A stretch of DNA of 25,980 nt, from positions 1-25,980 of the IMG/VR virus record IMGVR_UViG_3300032301_000553; one strand, given 5' to 3'. The notes beneath the pieces are model-generated. The model saw only the letters and a list, made by a program, of their open reading frames with translations, was not told the origin of the DNA and searched no databases. Shown here one piece after another: positions 1 to 7,935 of this stretch. This DNA comes from a virus. Lineage: Duplodnaviria > Caudoviricetes. The number at the start of each line of letters is the position of its first letter. The stretch's first letter is position 1. Made by a program: the position numbers and the translations under genes.

Positions 1-117
1 AGAATTCAATTTACTCAAGATGAAATAGAAAAGGCATATAATGAAATCTGTACTCTTATAGAACCAATTATAAGTACAAAGAATATTGATGTATCTAAAT
101 CTCATAAATACTCTTAG
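1..117 (+). CDS. 3' end of a truncated upstream ORF, function unknown
   Basis: Frame 1 is open from the window edge (RIQFTQDEIEKAYNEICTLIEPIISTKNIDVSKSHKYS) to TAG at 115-117. Confidence 0.5.
   Translation, partial: RIQFTQDEIEKAYNEICTLIEPIISTKNIDVSKSHKYS
103..110 (+). promoter_or_regulatory. T4-type late promoter (CATAAATA)
   Basis: NATAAATA motif about 28 nt upstream of ATG 139. Confidence 0.5.
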
Positions 118-138
118 TTAAGTTAAACTTTAAGTGAA

Positions 139-612
139 ATGGGACTCGTCATCGGACCTTCAAAATCACACTCTAGTTATGTACCACCTGGTTCTCCTGA
201 ATTAGGTTCTACTATTTGTGGTGGAAGAGTATTTTGTAAAGTTGGAAATGGTGTTAATGGTATTGCCTGGATTGTTGCACCAGCAGTAACTGAAGTGAGT
301 GCAACGTGGAATGGTACTACAAATACTCTTGTAGGAAATAAACCTTGTGTAAGTGATTGGTCTTCATTAAGTACTGCTCTTACAAATGGAGGTCTCACTC
401 CTTCAGATTGGTTTGTACCTAGTATCACTCAATTATATTCTGGATATACCTGTAGGACTTATTGGGACTCATTCTCCTCCACTCGCTACTGGAGTAGTAC
501 AGAGTTCAATGCTACTTTCGCTTGCTACATGCACTTCAATGTTGGCGATGATCACATCACCTTTAAGACGAATACGCTCTGTGTCCGTGCCTTCAGGTGT
601 GTGACTTATTGA
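139..612 (+). CDS. Small C-type-lectin-fold (DUF1566/Lcl-C-like) protein; candidate DGR target or receptor-binding module
   Basis: Motifs DWFVPSITQL, YWSSTE and terminal CVRAFR are typical of CLec-fold DGR targets. The last ~42 codons switch to C-ending codon usage. Confidence 0.7.
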   Translation: MGLVIGPSKSHSSYVPPGSPELGSTICGGRVFCKVGNGVNGIAWIVAPAVTEVSATWNGTTNTLVGNKPCVSDWSSLSTALTNGGLTPSDWFVPSITQLYSGYTCRTYWDSFSSTRYWSSTEFNATFACYMHFNVGDDHITFKTNTLCVRAFRCVTY

Positions 613-615
613 TAC

Positions 616-640
616 TTGTACTTTGTTTTTTGTACTTTGT
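616..640 (+). repeat. 11-bp direct repeat TTGTACTTTGT x2 just after the stop codon (candidate IMH-like element)
   Basis: Copies at 616-626 and 630-640. The function is inferred. Confidence 0.5.
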
Positions 641-657
641 ATCCAATTTTTTTATAA

Positions 658-1014
658 ATGAAAATAGAAATCCCAGTATCAGTTGGAGAATTATTAGATA
701 AGATTACTATTCTTCAAATCAAATCTAAACATACGGATAATGAATATGTGACTAAAGAACTTCAAGACTTGACTAAAATAGCAGAGGATTTACAGGTTTA
801 TAAAGAATCATATCTTAATGAACTTTTAATCGTCAATTCTTTATTGTGGGATATTGAGGATTCTTTAAGAGAACTTGAAAAGCAATCTAGATTTGATGGT
901 GAGTTTATAAGTCTTGCTCGTCGGGTTTATATTACTAATGATAAAAGAGCGGAGATAAAAAGAAAAATAAATGAGGAAACTCAATCATCTTATCAAGAGG
1001 TAAAATTATATTGA
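658..1014 (+). CDS. Conserved hypothetical protein (DUF6165-like)
   Basis: PVSVGELLDKITILQIK, LWDIEDSLR and LARRVYITNDKRAEIKRKIN recognised as this family. Confidence 0.75.
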   Translation: MKIEIPVSVGELLDKITILQIKSKHTDNEYVTKELQDLTKIAEDLQVYKESYLNELLIVNSLLWDIEDSLRELEKQSRFDGEFISLARRVYITNDKRAEIKRKINEETQSSYQEVKLY

Positions 1015-1020
1015 GACTCC

Positions 1021-1049
1021 TTGACACCTGACCTCAAGTATCTTATAGT
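1021..1049 (+). promoter_or_regulatory. Sigma70-like early promoter
   Basis: TTGACA (1021-1026), 17-nt spacer, TATAGT (1044-1049), upstream of glutaredoxin. Confidence 0.65.
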
Positions 1050-1140
1050 ATAATTGATAAAATCTTTCAAGCAATTGAAAATACCTGAGTTGACATTCAA
1101 TTTTCTTATTATATAAATTATATTAAAATTATAAAAAATT

Positions 1141-1377
1141 ATGAATTTCACAGTTTATTCGAAACAAGATTGTCCACATTGCTACAAAGTTAAACAAGTC
1201 CTGGAGTTGACGGGAAGTAACTTTGTAGTTTATAAACTTGGAGAAGACTTTACCAAAGAAGAGTTTTATTCTGAGTTTGGTGAAGGTTCCACATTTCCAC
1301 AAGTTCTTTGTGATGATGAGAAACTTGGTGGATGTACTGATACTGTCAAGTTTTTGAAAGAGAAGCAAGTTGTCTAA
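1141..1377 (+). CDS. nrdC: Glutaredoxin (T4 NrdC-like)
   Basis: CPHC active site, TFPQV cis-Pro motif and LGGCTD motif; 78 aa. Confidence 0.92.
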   Translation: MNFTVYSKQDCPHCYKVKQVLELTGSNFVVYKLGEDFTKEEFYSEFGEGSTFPQVLCDDEKLGGCTDTVKFLKEKQVV

Positions 1378-1588
1378 TAGGAACATAAATAACTCTGAGA
1401 ACCACGGTATAAATCGTGGAATCGAACTCATTCTCACGGGAGGAAAGAGAAAAAAGACCTATCCATTTCATATTATTTTTGAAAAGATGATTTGTTTTCT
1501 GAATCGAGAAATCATCATTCACTTTCAATTTTCTTTTGAGTCAAGGAAACGCACTAAATTCCCGGAGAAAAAAAATGTTAGCAGTTAG
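1370..1588 (+). CDS. Small conserved phage hypothetical protein
   Basis: Fills the gap between nrdC and the next gene with short overlaps; start codon (TTG) uncertain. Confidence 0.55.
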   Translation: MSNRNINNSENHGINRGIELILTGGKRKKTYPFHIIFEKMICFLNREIIIHFQFSFESRKRTKFPEKKNVSS

Positions 1589-1802
1589 TCTAGTTTTAGG
1601 TTCATTTCTAACCGTTTTGTTTCTAATAGTGGGCCTCATCGGCGGATGGGTTGCCAGAGAATATATGATGAACTATCGTGAAGTTCCAATGCCACATCCC
1701 GAAATGTTTGATTCGCAGGGAAATCTGATTCCTGATGAAGTCATTGCATTCCGTTTTGATAGTGATTTTGGATACGACGACGATGAGGATGATGAGGAAT
1801 AA
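1575..1802 (+). CDS. Small membrane protein with acidic tail, conserved in cyanophage-type phages
   Basis: ATG at 1575, hydrophobic helix LAVSLVLGSFLTVLFLIVGLIGGW, HPEMFD motif and D/E-rich C-terminus. Confidence 0.75.
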   Translation: MLAVSLVLGSFLTVLFLIVGLIGGWVAREYMMNYREVPMPHPEMFDSQGNLIPDEVIAFRFDSDFGYDDDEDDEE

Positions 1803-1830
1803 TTTGTACATTTAATAAAAATTTTTTGAT

Positions 1831-2412
1831 ATGACTACAACAAAAACTAAAGCAACAACCAAAAAGATAGAAACAGTATCGGAAGATCTTCCATCTAATC
1901 CCTTTTCTTTCGAAGTTTTGAATCTTGTATCCAAGCAACGATCAAATGTAAAGAAGGTAGAACTACTTAAAAGATATGAGCATCATTCTTTAAAGGCAAT
2001 TTTTATTTGGAATTTTGATGAAACTATTACTTCTGTTCTTCCAGCAGGTGAAGTTCCTTATGCTGCCACAAGTGAGCAAAATTCTTTTAGTGGTACGCTG
2101 TCAGAAAAGATCAATGATGCCGTTGATAAGATGAGTGAACTTGGAACTAATTCATTAGGTTCTCAGGATCAAGGAAGATCTTCAATTCGTAAGGAATATG
2201 AAAAATTTTATAACTTCGTGAAGGGTGGTAATGATAGTCTGAGTTCTCTTCGTAGAGAAAGCATGTTTATCAACATTCTTCAAGGTCTTCATCCTTTAGA
2301 GGCAGAAATTCTGTGTCTTGTAAAGGATAAGAAACTTTCAACGAAATACAAGATCACAAAAGAAATTGTCTCTGAAGCATATCCTGATATCCAATGGGGT
2401 AATCGAGGATAA
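1831..2412 (+). CDS. Conserved T4-like phage hypothetical protein (DUF6433-like)
   Basis: WNFDE..LPAGEVPY and RRESMFINILQGLHPLEAEIL motifs. Confidence 0.75.
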   Translation: MTTTKTKATTKKIETVSEDLPSNPFSFEVLNLVSKQRSNVKKVELLKRYEHHSLKAIFIWNFDETITSVLPAGEVPYAATSEQNSFSGTLSEKINDAVDKMSELGTNSLGSQDQGRSSIRKEYEKFYNFVKGGNDSLSSLRRESMFINILQGLHPLEAEILCLVKDKKLSTKYKITKEIVSEAYPDIQWGNRG

Positions 2413-2441
2413 ATTTAATTTTTAATTATGAGAGAATAACT

Positions 2442-2816
2442 TTGGAAAACAAAACTAAAGACGAAACAATGTCAGTAGAAAAGGAGAAACCGCCAAGTAA
2501 AGATAATGTATCTGAAATTTGGTCAAGTAAAGAGCGAGAAACTTCCAAGTCTCAGTATGAGTGTGAAATTATACATGAAGGATGTACTAGGCAGGATGCA
2601 AAAAATAAGCAACTGCCGGTAGATTCATACTTAGTATCTTATTTAAATGATGATAAGTTGTGTTATGATATCATTAGGACAGGTAAAAGAGTCAATATCT
2701 TTGATATGTACTATGATAAATTCGGTGATTGTCTCAGATCGATTGACTGGACTGATGGTAGTATAAATCCTAGACTTTGGGGATATAAACCACCTCAACC
2801 TAAGAAGAGAAAGTGA
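2442..2816 (+). CDS. Conserved hypothetical protein
   Basis: IFDMYYDKFG and GSINPRLWGY motifs; the true start may be ATG 2469. Confidence 0.7.
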   Translation: MENKTKDETMSVEKEKPPSKDNVSEIWSSKERETSKSQYECEIIHEGCTRQDAKNKQLPVDSYLVSYLNDDKLCYDIIRTGKRVNIFDMYYDKFGDCLRSIDWTDGSINPRLWGYKPPQPKKRK

Positions 2817-2820
2817 TTTT

Positions 2821-2857
2821 AAAGGTACTGGAAAATCTTTCCGGTACTTTTTTGTTT
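2821..2857 (+). terminator. Rho-independent terminator
   Basis: AAAGGTACTGGAAA pairs with TTTCCGGTACTTT, followed by a T run. Confidence 0.8.
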
Positions 2858-2868
2858 ATAGGTAATTT

Positions 2869-2876
2869 TATAAATA
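2869..2876 (+). promoter_or_regulatory. T4 late promoter TATAAATA
   Basis: Exact gp55 consensus 17 nt before ATG 2894. Confidence 0.8.
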
Positions 2877-2893
2877 ACTAAAAAAAGAAAAAG

Positions 2894-3907
2894 ATGAAAT
2901 CATTTAATCAGTTTCTGCAAGAATCATATTTGAGTGAAGAGGAGGTGCAGGGCAAAGTACTTACAAATAGAGGAACTGCTCAGAATTTTACAAATCCTAA
3001 AAGGATTCCATTTACTGGAACTGATTTAATTAAACAGGGTCCTAGAAGTCCTTTACCAGATTCTCCACAAAAACCAAGAGTATCTCCTGGACAAATGGAG
3101 ATTCCTTTTGGTAAACCACCAACAGGTACAACAACTAAAGTACCTGGATCTAGTGTAAGAGGTCCTGGTGGCGGTTCTGGTCCTGGTGGCGGTTCAAAAT
3201 CACCAAAAACACCAGAAGCACCAAAAGTTCCTGGAAAATTTGCAAAGATTGGTAAATTTGCAGGACCTGCATCGGCAGCATTAGATACGGCACTTTCTAC
3301 TGCTGACGAAAGATCAAAAGGATCTGGTTGGGCAAGATCACTCGCTAAAGGTGCTACAGTTGCTGCTGGAGGTTTATTAGGTGGAACTGCTGGTGCGATT
3401 GGTGGTGGTGGTGTTCTGAGTGCTGCCACAGGAACTGCTGGTGCTCTTGCTGGTGGATCTGCAGCAGAAAAAGCATTTGATGTTGCCGCTGGTGCAAATG
3501 CAAAACAAAGAAAGCAAATTGCAACTGCCAATCGTAAAAGTCAATCGGGTGGAGCAATCAAAGGTATTGGTGGACCTACCAGTTTTGATACCAAAAAGAA
3601 TACTATTACGAGTGGTGGAAAAACAGCACAGTTAGGTAAGACTTCTGTCGTTACTAATCCTAAAACTGGTAAGCAAGAAGTTGGGAATCTTGCATATAAG
3701 AATGGTCAAGCAGTTTACAAGAGATCAGATACTAAGAGTCTGGCGCAGACATCCTCCAATCCATTAGAAAGAATTGGTAGAACAATGTTTGCTGGTGCAT
3801 ATAAGAAATCTGATGCTGCGAATGCTGCCGCGAAACTTAATCAGGCACGACAGTCTGATTCTGCCCGCAATAAGGCACTCGGAGTGAAAATGCTTCCCGG
3901 CAAATAA
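2894..3907 (+). CDS. Gly/Ala/Lys-rich late protein, putative virion internal/ejected protein
   Basis: N-terminus MKSFNQFLQE resembles the T4 capsid-targeting leader; own late promoter; central glycine-zipper-like hydrophobic segment. Confidence 0.65.
   Translation: MKSFNQFLQESYLSEEEVQGKVLTNRGTAQNFTNPKRIPFTGTDLIKQGPRSPLPDSPQKPRVSPGQMEIPFGKPPTGTTTKVPGSSVRGPGGGSGPGGGSKSPKTPEAPKVPGKFAKIGKFAGPASAALDTALSTADERSKGSGWARSLAKGATVAAGGLLGGTAGAIGGGGVLSAATGTAGALAGGSAAEKAFDVAAGANAKQRKQIATANRKSQSGGAIKGIGGPTSFDTKKNTITSGGKTAQLGKTSVVTNPKTGKQEVGNLAYKNGQAVYKRSDTKSLAQTSSNPLERIGRTMFAGAYKKSDAANAAAKLNQARQSDSARNKALGVKMLPGK
3161..3195 (+). repeat. Tandem 18-nt-period repeat encoding GPGGGS x2
   Basis: GGTCCTGGTGGCGGTTC at 3161-3177 and 3179-3195. 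Confidence 0.85.
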
Positions 3908-3919
3908 AATATATTACTG

Positions 3920-3946
3920 AGGAGGGTTGACACCCTCCTTTTTTTT
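3920..3946 (+). terminator. Rho-independent terminator
   Basis: AGGAGGGT-TGAC-ACCCTCCT stem-loop followed by a T run. Confidence 0.85.
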
Positions 3947-3955
3947 ATGTAAAAT
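3927..3955 (+). promoter_or_regulatory. Sigma70-like early promoter overlapping the terminator
   Basis: TTGACA (3927-3932), 17-nt spacer, TAAAAT (3950-3955). Confidence 0.7.
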
Positions 3956-3979
3956 GTATCGAGAGTATTCGACTATCAA

Positions 3980-4138
3980 ATGAATAAAGACAAACTAAAA
4001 CTCCTTGTTCGTAATCTAGAACTTCTTGTAGATTCTTTGAAGGGGGAAGTTTATTCTGATGTTTCTTCATATCGATATGAAGAAATTGTACATAAGAACT
4101 TAGATTATGATGAAATTTTCGAGGATGATGATGACTAA
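3980..4138 (+). CDS. Small acidic-tailed hypothetical protein, 52 aa (not in the ORF track)
   Basis: ATG 3980: MNKDKLKLLVRNLELLVDSLKGEVYSDV...DYDEIFEDDDD; TAA 4136-4138 overlaps the next ATG. Confidence 0.75.
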   Translation: MNKDKLKLLVRNLELLVDSLKGEVYSDVSSYRYEEIVHKNLDYDEIFEDDDD

Positions 4139-4298
4139 AAGAGCAAAACAATTAATTAAATTATTGGAGAGATTGGTAAAACAAGAACACTTGTATTCTG
4201 ATTCTCAACTCAAAGAAATGAAATCGCAACTGAGACTTGCCAAAGAAGAACTAACAAAACTTGAAGCACAAACATCAAAGGGATTTGGAAAAAAATGA
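4131..4298 (+). CDS. Small coiled-coil hypothetical protein ending SKGFGKK
   Basis: Likely start ATG 4131, overlapping the previous gene; ATGA overlap with thyX. Confidence 0.7.
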   Translation: MTKRAKQLIKLLERLVKQEHLYSDSQLKEMKSQLRLAKEELTKLEAQTSKGFGKK

Positions 4299-5047
4299 AA
4301 CCTATTAAATCAAAAGATTTACTTGAACTTGATAAGAATCTTGAGGTAGTAAAACTTCAATGTTACCCAATTCCAGAGCAAGTAATTTGGCAAGCAGGTA
4401 AGGGTGATTATTCTGAAGTTCCTATTCATCAAGTGGAAGTTCCTAACAATCAAAAATGTGGTGAGTGGGTTGTAGAACAACTTCTGGCAAATGAAAGGGG
4501 GCATTGGGGTCCATTGGAACACCCACAAATTACATTTTCTTGTGCTGGATTTGTTCACAATGTAATTGTTCAGGCAAGAACTCATCGTATTGGAACTACT
4601 TGGGATGTTCAATCTCAGCGTTATACTGGTAAGCGTGTAGTTAAAGTTGCCAGTGGGGAACTGGATGTTGAAGAAGTCTTCTATGTGCGCCCTGTGGGGT
4701 TCTATACCAACCGTAAAGGTAAGAAGTATGAGTGGACAGGAGAAGATCGACAAGATGAACTACAGTGGATTGTGGGGGGGTGTAAGCGTTATGCTGTGAA
4801 GTATGATAAAGGTATGTGTGAAGAGCACATTCGTGATTATCTTGCACAAGCAATTCGCCAGAACTTTGTAGTTTCATTCAACCTTCGTTCTGTACTTCAC
4901 TTTATGGATCTTCGTTCTAAACTTGACGCACAACTTGAGATTCAAGCATTGTGTGATTCTTTTGCACCAGAACTTCAAAAATGGACTCCAAGTATTTGGG
5001 CATATTATGAAGAGAAACGTCTTCACAAAGCACGATTGAGTCCTTAA
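4295..5047 (+). CDS. thyX: FAD-dependent thymidylate synthase ThyX
   Basis: GHWGPLEH, the QARTHRIGTTWDVQSQRY ThyX motif, and FNLRSVLHFMDLRSKLDAQLEI. Confidence 0.95.
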   Translation: MKPIKSKDLLELDKNLEVVKLQCYPIPEQVIWQAGKGDYSEVPIHQVEVPNNQKCGEWVVEQLLANERGHWGPLEHPQITFSCAGFVHNVIVQARTHRIGTTWDVQSQRYTGKRVVKVASGELDVEEVFYVRPVGFYTNRKGKKYEWTGEDRQDELQWIVGGCKRYAVKYDKGMCEEHIRDYLAQAIRQNFVVSFNLRSVLHFMDLRSKLDAQLEIQALCDSFAPELQKWTPSIWAYYEEKRLHKARLSP

Positions 5048-5050
5048 TTA

Positions 5051-5078
5051 TATAAATACTGGTAGAGTAAAACTACCA
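5051..5078 (+). promoter_or_regulatory. Late promoter plus small leader hairpin for the endonuclease gene
   Basis: TATAAATA 5051-5058; TGGTAG (5060-5065) and CTACCA (5073-5078) form an inverted repeat before ATG 5083. Confidence 0.65.
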
Positions 5079-5082
5079 CATT

Positions 5083-5793
5083 ATGGTTTCACACTATATT
5101 TACAAAATAACTAATACTCTAAATCAAAAAATTTATGTTGGAAAATCCAAAAATCCAACAGTTAGATGGAGACAACATAAATCTCATTCCAAAAAAAGAA
5201 ACACAAAATTATATTATGCTATGCGAAAATATGGTATAGAAAATTTTACATTTGAAATTTTGGAGGTGTGTTTAGAAGGTCAAGTAAATGAAAGAGAAAT
5301 TTACTACGTTTCTCTTTTGGAACCATATTATAATATGACTAATGGTGGCGATGGTGGTGGATTTTTAAATAAAAAACACGGAGATAACTGGAAGAATGCA
5401 ATTAAACAAAGCAATTCTAAAAAAGTTGCTTGTTATAATTTAGATGGACATCTAGTGAAAGTATATGAAAGTTGTAGAGATGCATCTTATGATGTTTTTG
5501 GTAAAGATTGTAGAGGTATTAGTGCTGTAACCAGAGGAGAATATCAAACATATGGGGGATATCAATGGAAAAGTTTTATTAATCATCCAGAAATAAAAAT
5601 AGAACCATATAAAAGAAAATCTCATAACGTTAAAAAAATAGCAAAATATGACCTCAATGACAATTTAATAGAAACATATGATAGTATGTCTATCGCGGCT
5701 GAAAAAAATAATGCTTCAACTTCTAAAATAACTTTGGTGTGCCAAGGAAAAAGAAAATTACATAAAGGATGTAATTGGAAGTATGTGGTATAA
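5083..5793 (+). CDS. Free-standing GIY-YIG homing endonuclease with NUMOD1-like DNA-binding repeats
   Basis: YIYKITN..KIYVGKS..RWRQH..REIYY..YNMTNGG catalytic domain; two Y(N/D)L..L(V/I)..Y(E/D)S...A modules. Confidence 0.88.
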   Translation: MVSHYIYKITNTLNQKIYVGKSKNPTVRWRQHKSHSKKRNTKLYYAMRKYGIENFTFEILEVCLEGQVNEREIYYVSLLEPYYNMTNGGDGGGFLNKKHGDNWKNAIKQSNSKKVACYNLDGHLVKVYESCRDASYDVFGKDCRGISAVTRGEYQTYGGYQWKSFINHPEIKIEPYKRKSHNVKKIAKYDLNDNLIETYDSMSIAAEKNNASTSKITLVCQGKRKLHKGCNWKYVV

Positions 5794-5827
5794 TCACTCT
5801 AAATAATCATATACATTATTTTGACAA

Positions 5828-6070
5828 ATGGCAATTTATCCGATCAGGCATATAGAAACAGGTGAGACGAAAGTGATTGAAATGAGCGTTCATGATATCA
5901 CGCAGTGGTATAACGACAATCCCCAGTGGTCCAGAGATTGGTCACAGGGATGTGCGACTCCAGGAGAGGTTGGAGATTGGCGAAATAAGTTGATCTCTAA
6001 GCATCCCTCATGGAATTCTGTTTTAGATAATGCAAGTAAAGCACCTAAATCCACAGTCAAAAAAATCTAA
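5828..6070 (+). CDS. Conserved hypothetical protein upstream of phoH
   Basis: 80-aa ORF in the position usual for cyanophage-type genomes; CTAAATA at 5799-5805 upstream. Confidence 0.75.
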   Translation: MAIYPIRHIETGETKVIEMSVHDITQWYNDNPQWSRDWSQGCATPGEVGDWRNKLISKHPSWNSVLDNASKAPKSTVKKI

Positions 6071-6071
6071 C

Positions 6072-7904
6072 ATGTCAAGAAGAAAAAAGGCTAATGATCA
6101 ATATCATGAACTAGGTGGGATTCCAAAGCAAAGAAAAACAAAAAAACCTATTGGAGCGGATAATTTAATTGATATTGAACCATTAACCGAAAATCAAAAA
6201 AAATTGTTCAATGCCTATGATTCCCAAAAACATATTGTCGCTTATGGTTGCGCTGGAACTGGTAAAGCACAACCTCTATATTCTAAAGTTTTAACTCCTT
6301 ATGGGTGGAAATCTATGGGAGAAATTAAACTTGGTGATGATGTATTAACTCCAAAAGGAAAATCTTCAAGAGTTAATGGAATTTTTCCCCAAGGAAAAAA
6401 ACATATTTATGAACTTGTTTTTCACGATGGATCTAAAACTAGATGTTGTTTAGAGCATCTTTGGGAAATTAATACTTCAAGTGATTGGAATAGAAGAAAA
6501 AAGGGAAATAAAAAAATAGTTAATACTCAATATATTATTGATTTTTTAAAAGAAAAAGAAATTAGAAAATCTACAACAAATATTTCAATCGATTTAATTG
6601 AACCAATTAAAAACGATGATATAAATTTACCTTTAGATCCTTATCTTCTTGGATGTTTAATTGGAGATGGATGTTTAACTACAGCAACTCCAAAAATAAC
6701 ATCAAAAGATATTGAATTGATTAGCAAATTACAAGAAATTATTGGGGAAGAATACGATATAAAACATTGTAAATCTTCTCAATACGATTATAATTTTGTT
6801 GATAGTTTATCTCGTAAAAATAAATTTAATAGAATTACTAAAATTTTAGTAGAACTTAATATTCAAGGTAAAAAGTCTTACGAAAAAACTATACCATCAA
6901 TATATCTAAATTCTGGAACAGAACAAAAACTTAATCTTTTGAGAGGATTGCTGGATACTGATGGAACAGTGGATAAAAGAAATGGAACAGTTTCTTTATC
7001 TACGACAAGTGAAATTTTAGCAAAGCAAGTTCAAGAAATTATATGGTCTTTGGGAGGTATTTGTAAAATAACTTCCAAAATTCCCTCATATACTTATGAT
7101 GGGGTGAAAAAAATTGGTAAAAGATGTTATAATGTTTGTATTACAATGAGAACTCCAAAGGAATTATTTTCTTTGCAAAGGAAAAAAGATCTTTGTCGCG
7201 AAACATATGATGAATTGCAATATAGGAGAAAAATTAAAAATGTAAATTATATTGGTGAAGATGAAGCACAATGTATTATGATAGATGATGAAAATCATTT
7301 ATATATTACTGATGATTATATTATCACACATAATACTTTTATTAGTCTTTACAATGCTTTGAAGGATGTATTGAATGAGCATTCTCCAGTAGAGAAAGTT
7401 TATATTGTTAGATCTTTAGTTGCCACAAGAGAGATTGGATTCCTTCCTGGAAGTCATGATGATAAGGCAGATATTTACCAAATTCCCTATAAGAATATGG
7501 TAAAGTATATGTTCCAAATGACAAGTGAAACGGATCTTGAAATGCTTTATGGAAATCTAAAATCTCAAGAAACTATTAAATTTTGGAGTACTTCATTTCT
7601 TCGTGGTACTACTTTAGATAATGCTGTGATTATTGTAGATGAGTTTAGTAATCTTTCATTTCACGAATTGGATTCTATTATTACTCGTGTTGGAGAAAAC
7701 AGTAGAATTGTTTTTACTGGAGATACTGAACAAAGTGATCTATTAAAACAGAATGAAAGGGATGGTGTAGTTGAATTTCTTAAGATTTTAAAAACGATGA
7801 TATCTTTCGATACCATTGAATTTACTGTTGATGATATTGTCCGTTCTGGATTGGTTAAGGAATACCTTATTGCAAAACACGAATTGGGAATTTTCTATCG
7901 GTAA
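6072..7904 (+). CDS. phoH: PhoH-family ATPase containing an intein
   Basis: PLTENQ, GCAGTGK|T Walker A, REIGFLPG, FLRGTTLDNAVIIVDE, TRVGENS..GD..QSDL and DIVRSGLV. Start placed at ATG 6072. Confidence 0.93.
   Translation: MSRRKKANDQYHELGGIPKQRKTKKPIGADNLIDIEPLTENQKKLFNAYDSQKHIVAYGCAGTGKAQPLYSKVLTPYGWKSMGEIKLGDDVLTPKGKSSRVNGIFPQGKKHIYELVFHDGSKTRCCLEHLWEINTSSDWNRRKKGNKKIVNTQYIIDFLKEKEIRKSTTNISIDLIEPIKNDDINLPLDPYLLGCLIGDGCLTTATPKITSKDIELISKLQEIIGEEYDIKHCKSSQYDYNFVDSLSRKNKFNRITKILVELNIQGKKSYEKTIPSIYLNSGTEQKLNLLRGLLDTDGTVDKRNGTVSLSTTSEILAKQVQEIIWSLGGICKITSKIPSYTYDGVKKIGKRCYNVCITMRTPKELFSLQRKKDLCRETYDELQYRRKIKNVNYIGEDEAQCIMIDDENHLYITDDYIITHNTFISLYNALKDVLNEHSPVEKVYIVRSLVATREIGFLPGSHDDKADIYQIPYKNMVKYMFQMTSETDLEMLYGNLKSQETIKFWSTSFLRGTTLDNAVIIVDEFSNLSFHELDSIITRVGENSRIVFTGDTEQSDLLKQNERDGVVEFLKILKTMISFDTIEFTVDDIVRSGLVKEYLIAKHELGIFYR
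6267..7334 (+). mobile_element. Class 3 intein (356 aa) with LAGLIDADG homing endonuclease
   Basis: Begins AQPLYSKVLTP, block B CCLEHLW, block F AQCIMID, ends ITHN followed by +1 Thr. LAGLIDADG motifs LLGCLIGDG and LRGLLDTDG. Confidence 0.93.
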
Positions 7905-7935
7905 TGCATCATAATAAAAACAAAATGGAGTTTTA

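Noticed and set aside
1566-1577. A-run GAGAAAAAAAATG as a frameshift site
   Set aside because: The downstream gene has its own ATG at 1575 and no stimulatory structure was seen.
2980-3531. 183-aa antisense ORF, and the other short overlapping ORFs in the track
   Set aside because: Shadow frames of well-supported genes, with no motifs or expression signals.
5821-5826. TTGACA just before ORF 5828
   Set aside because: No -10 box at a proper spacing, and it lies too close to the start codon.
5048-5827. Group I intron around the GIY-YIG genes (also at 8608-9400 and 14204-14872)
   Set aside because: Flanking genes look complete, spacers are too short for a ribozyme core, and no P7-like elements were recognised.
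6030-6071. Upstream ATG for phoH
   Set aside because: It overlaps the previous gene by 41 nt; ATG 6072 directly follows that gene's stop and gives a typical MSRRKK start.
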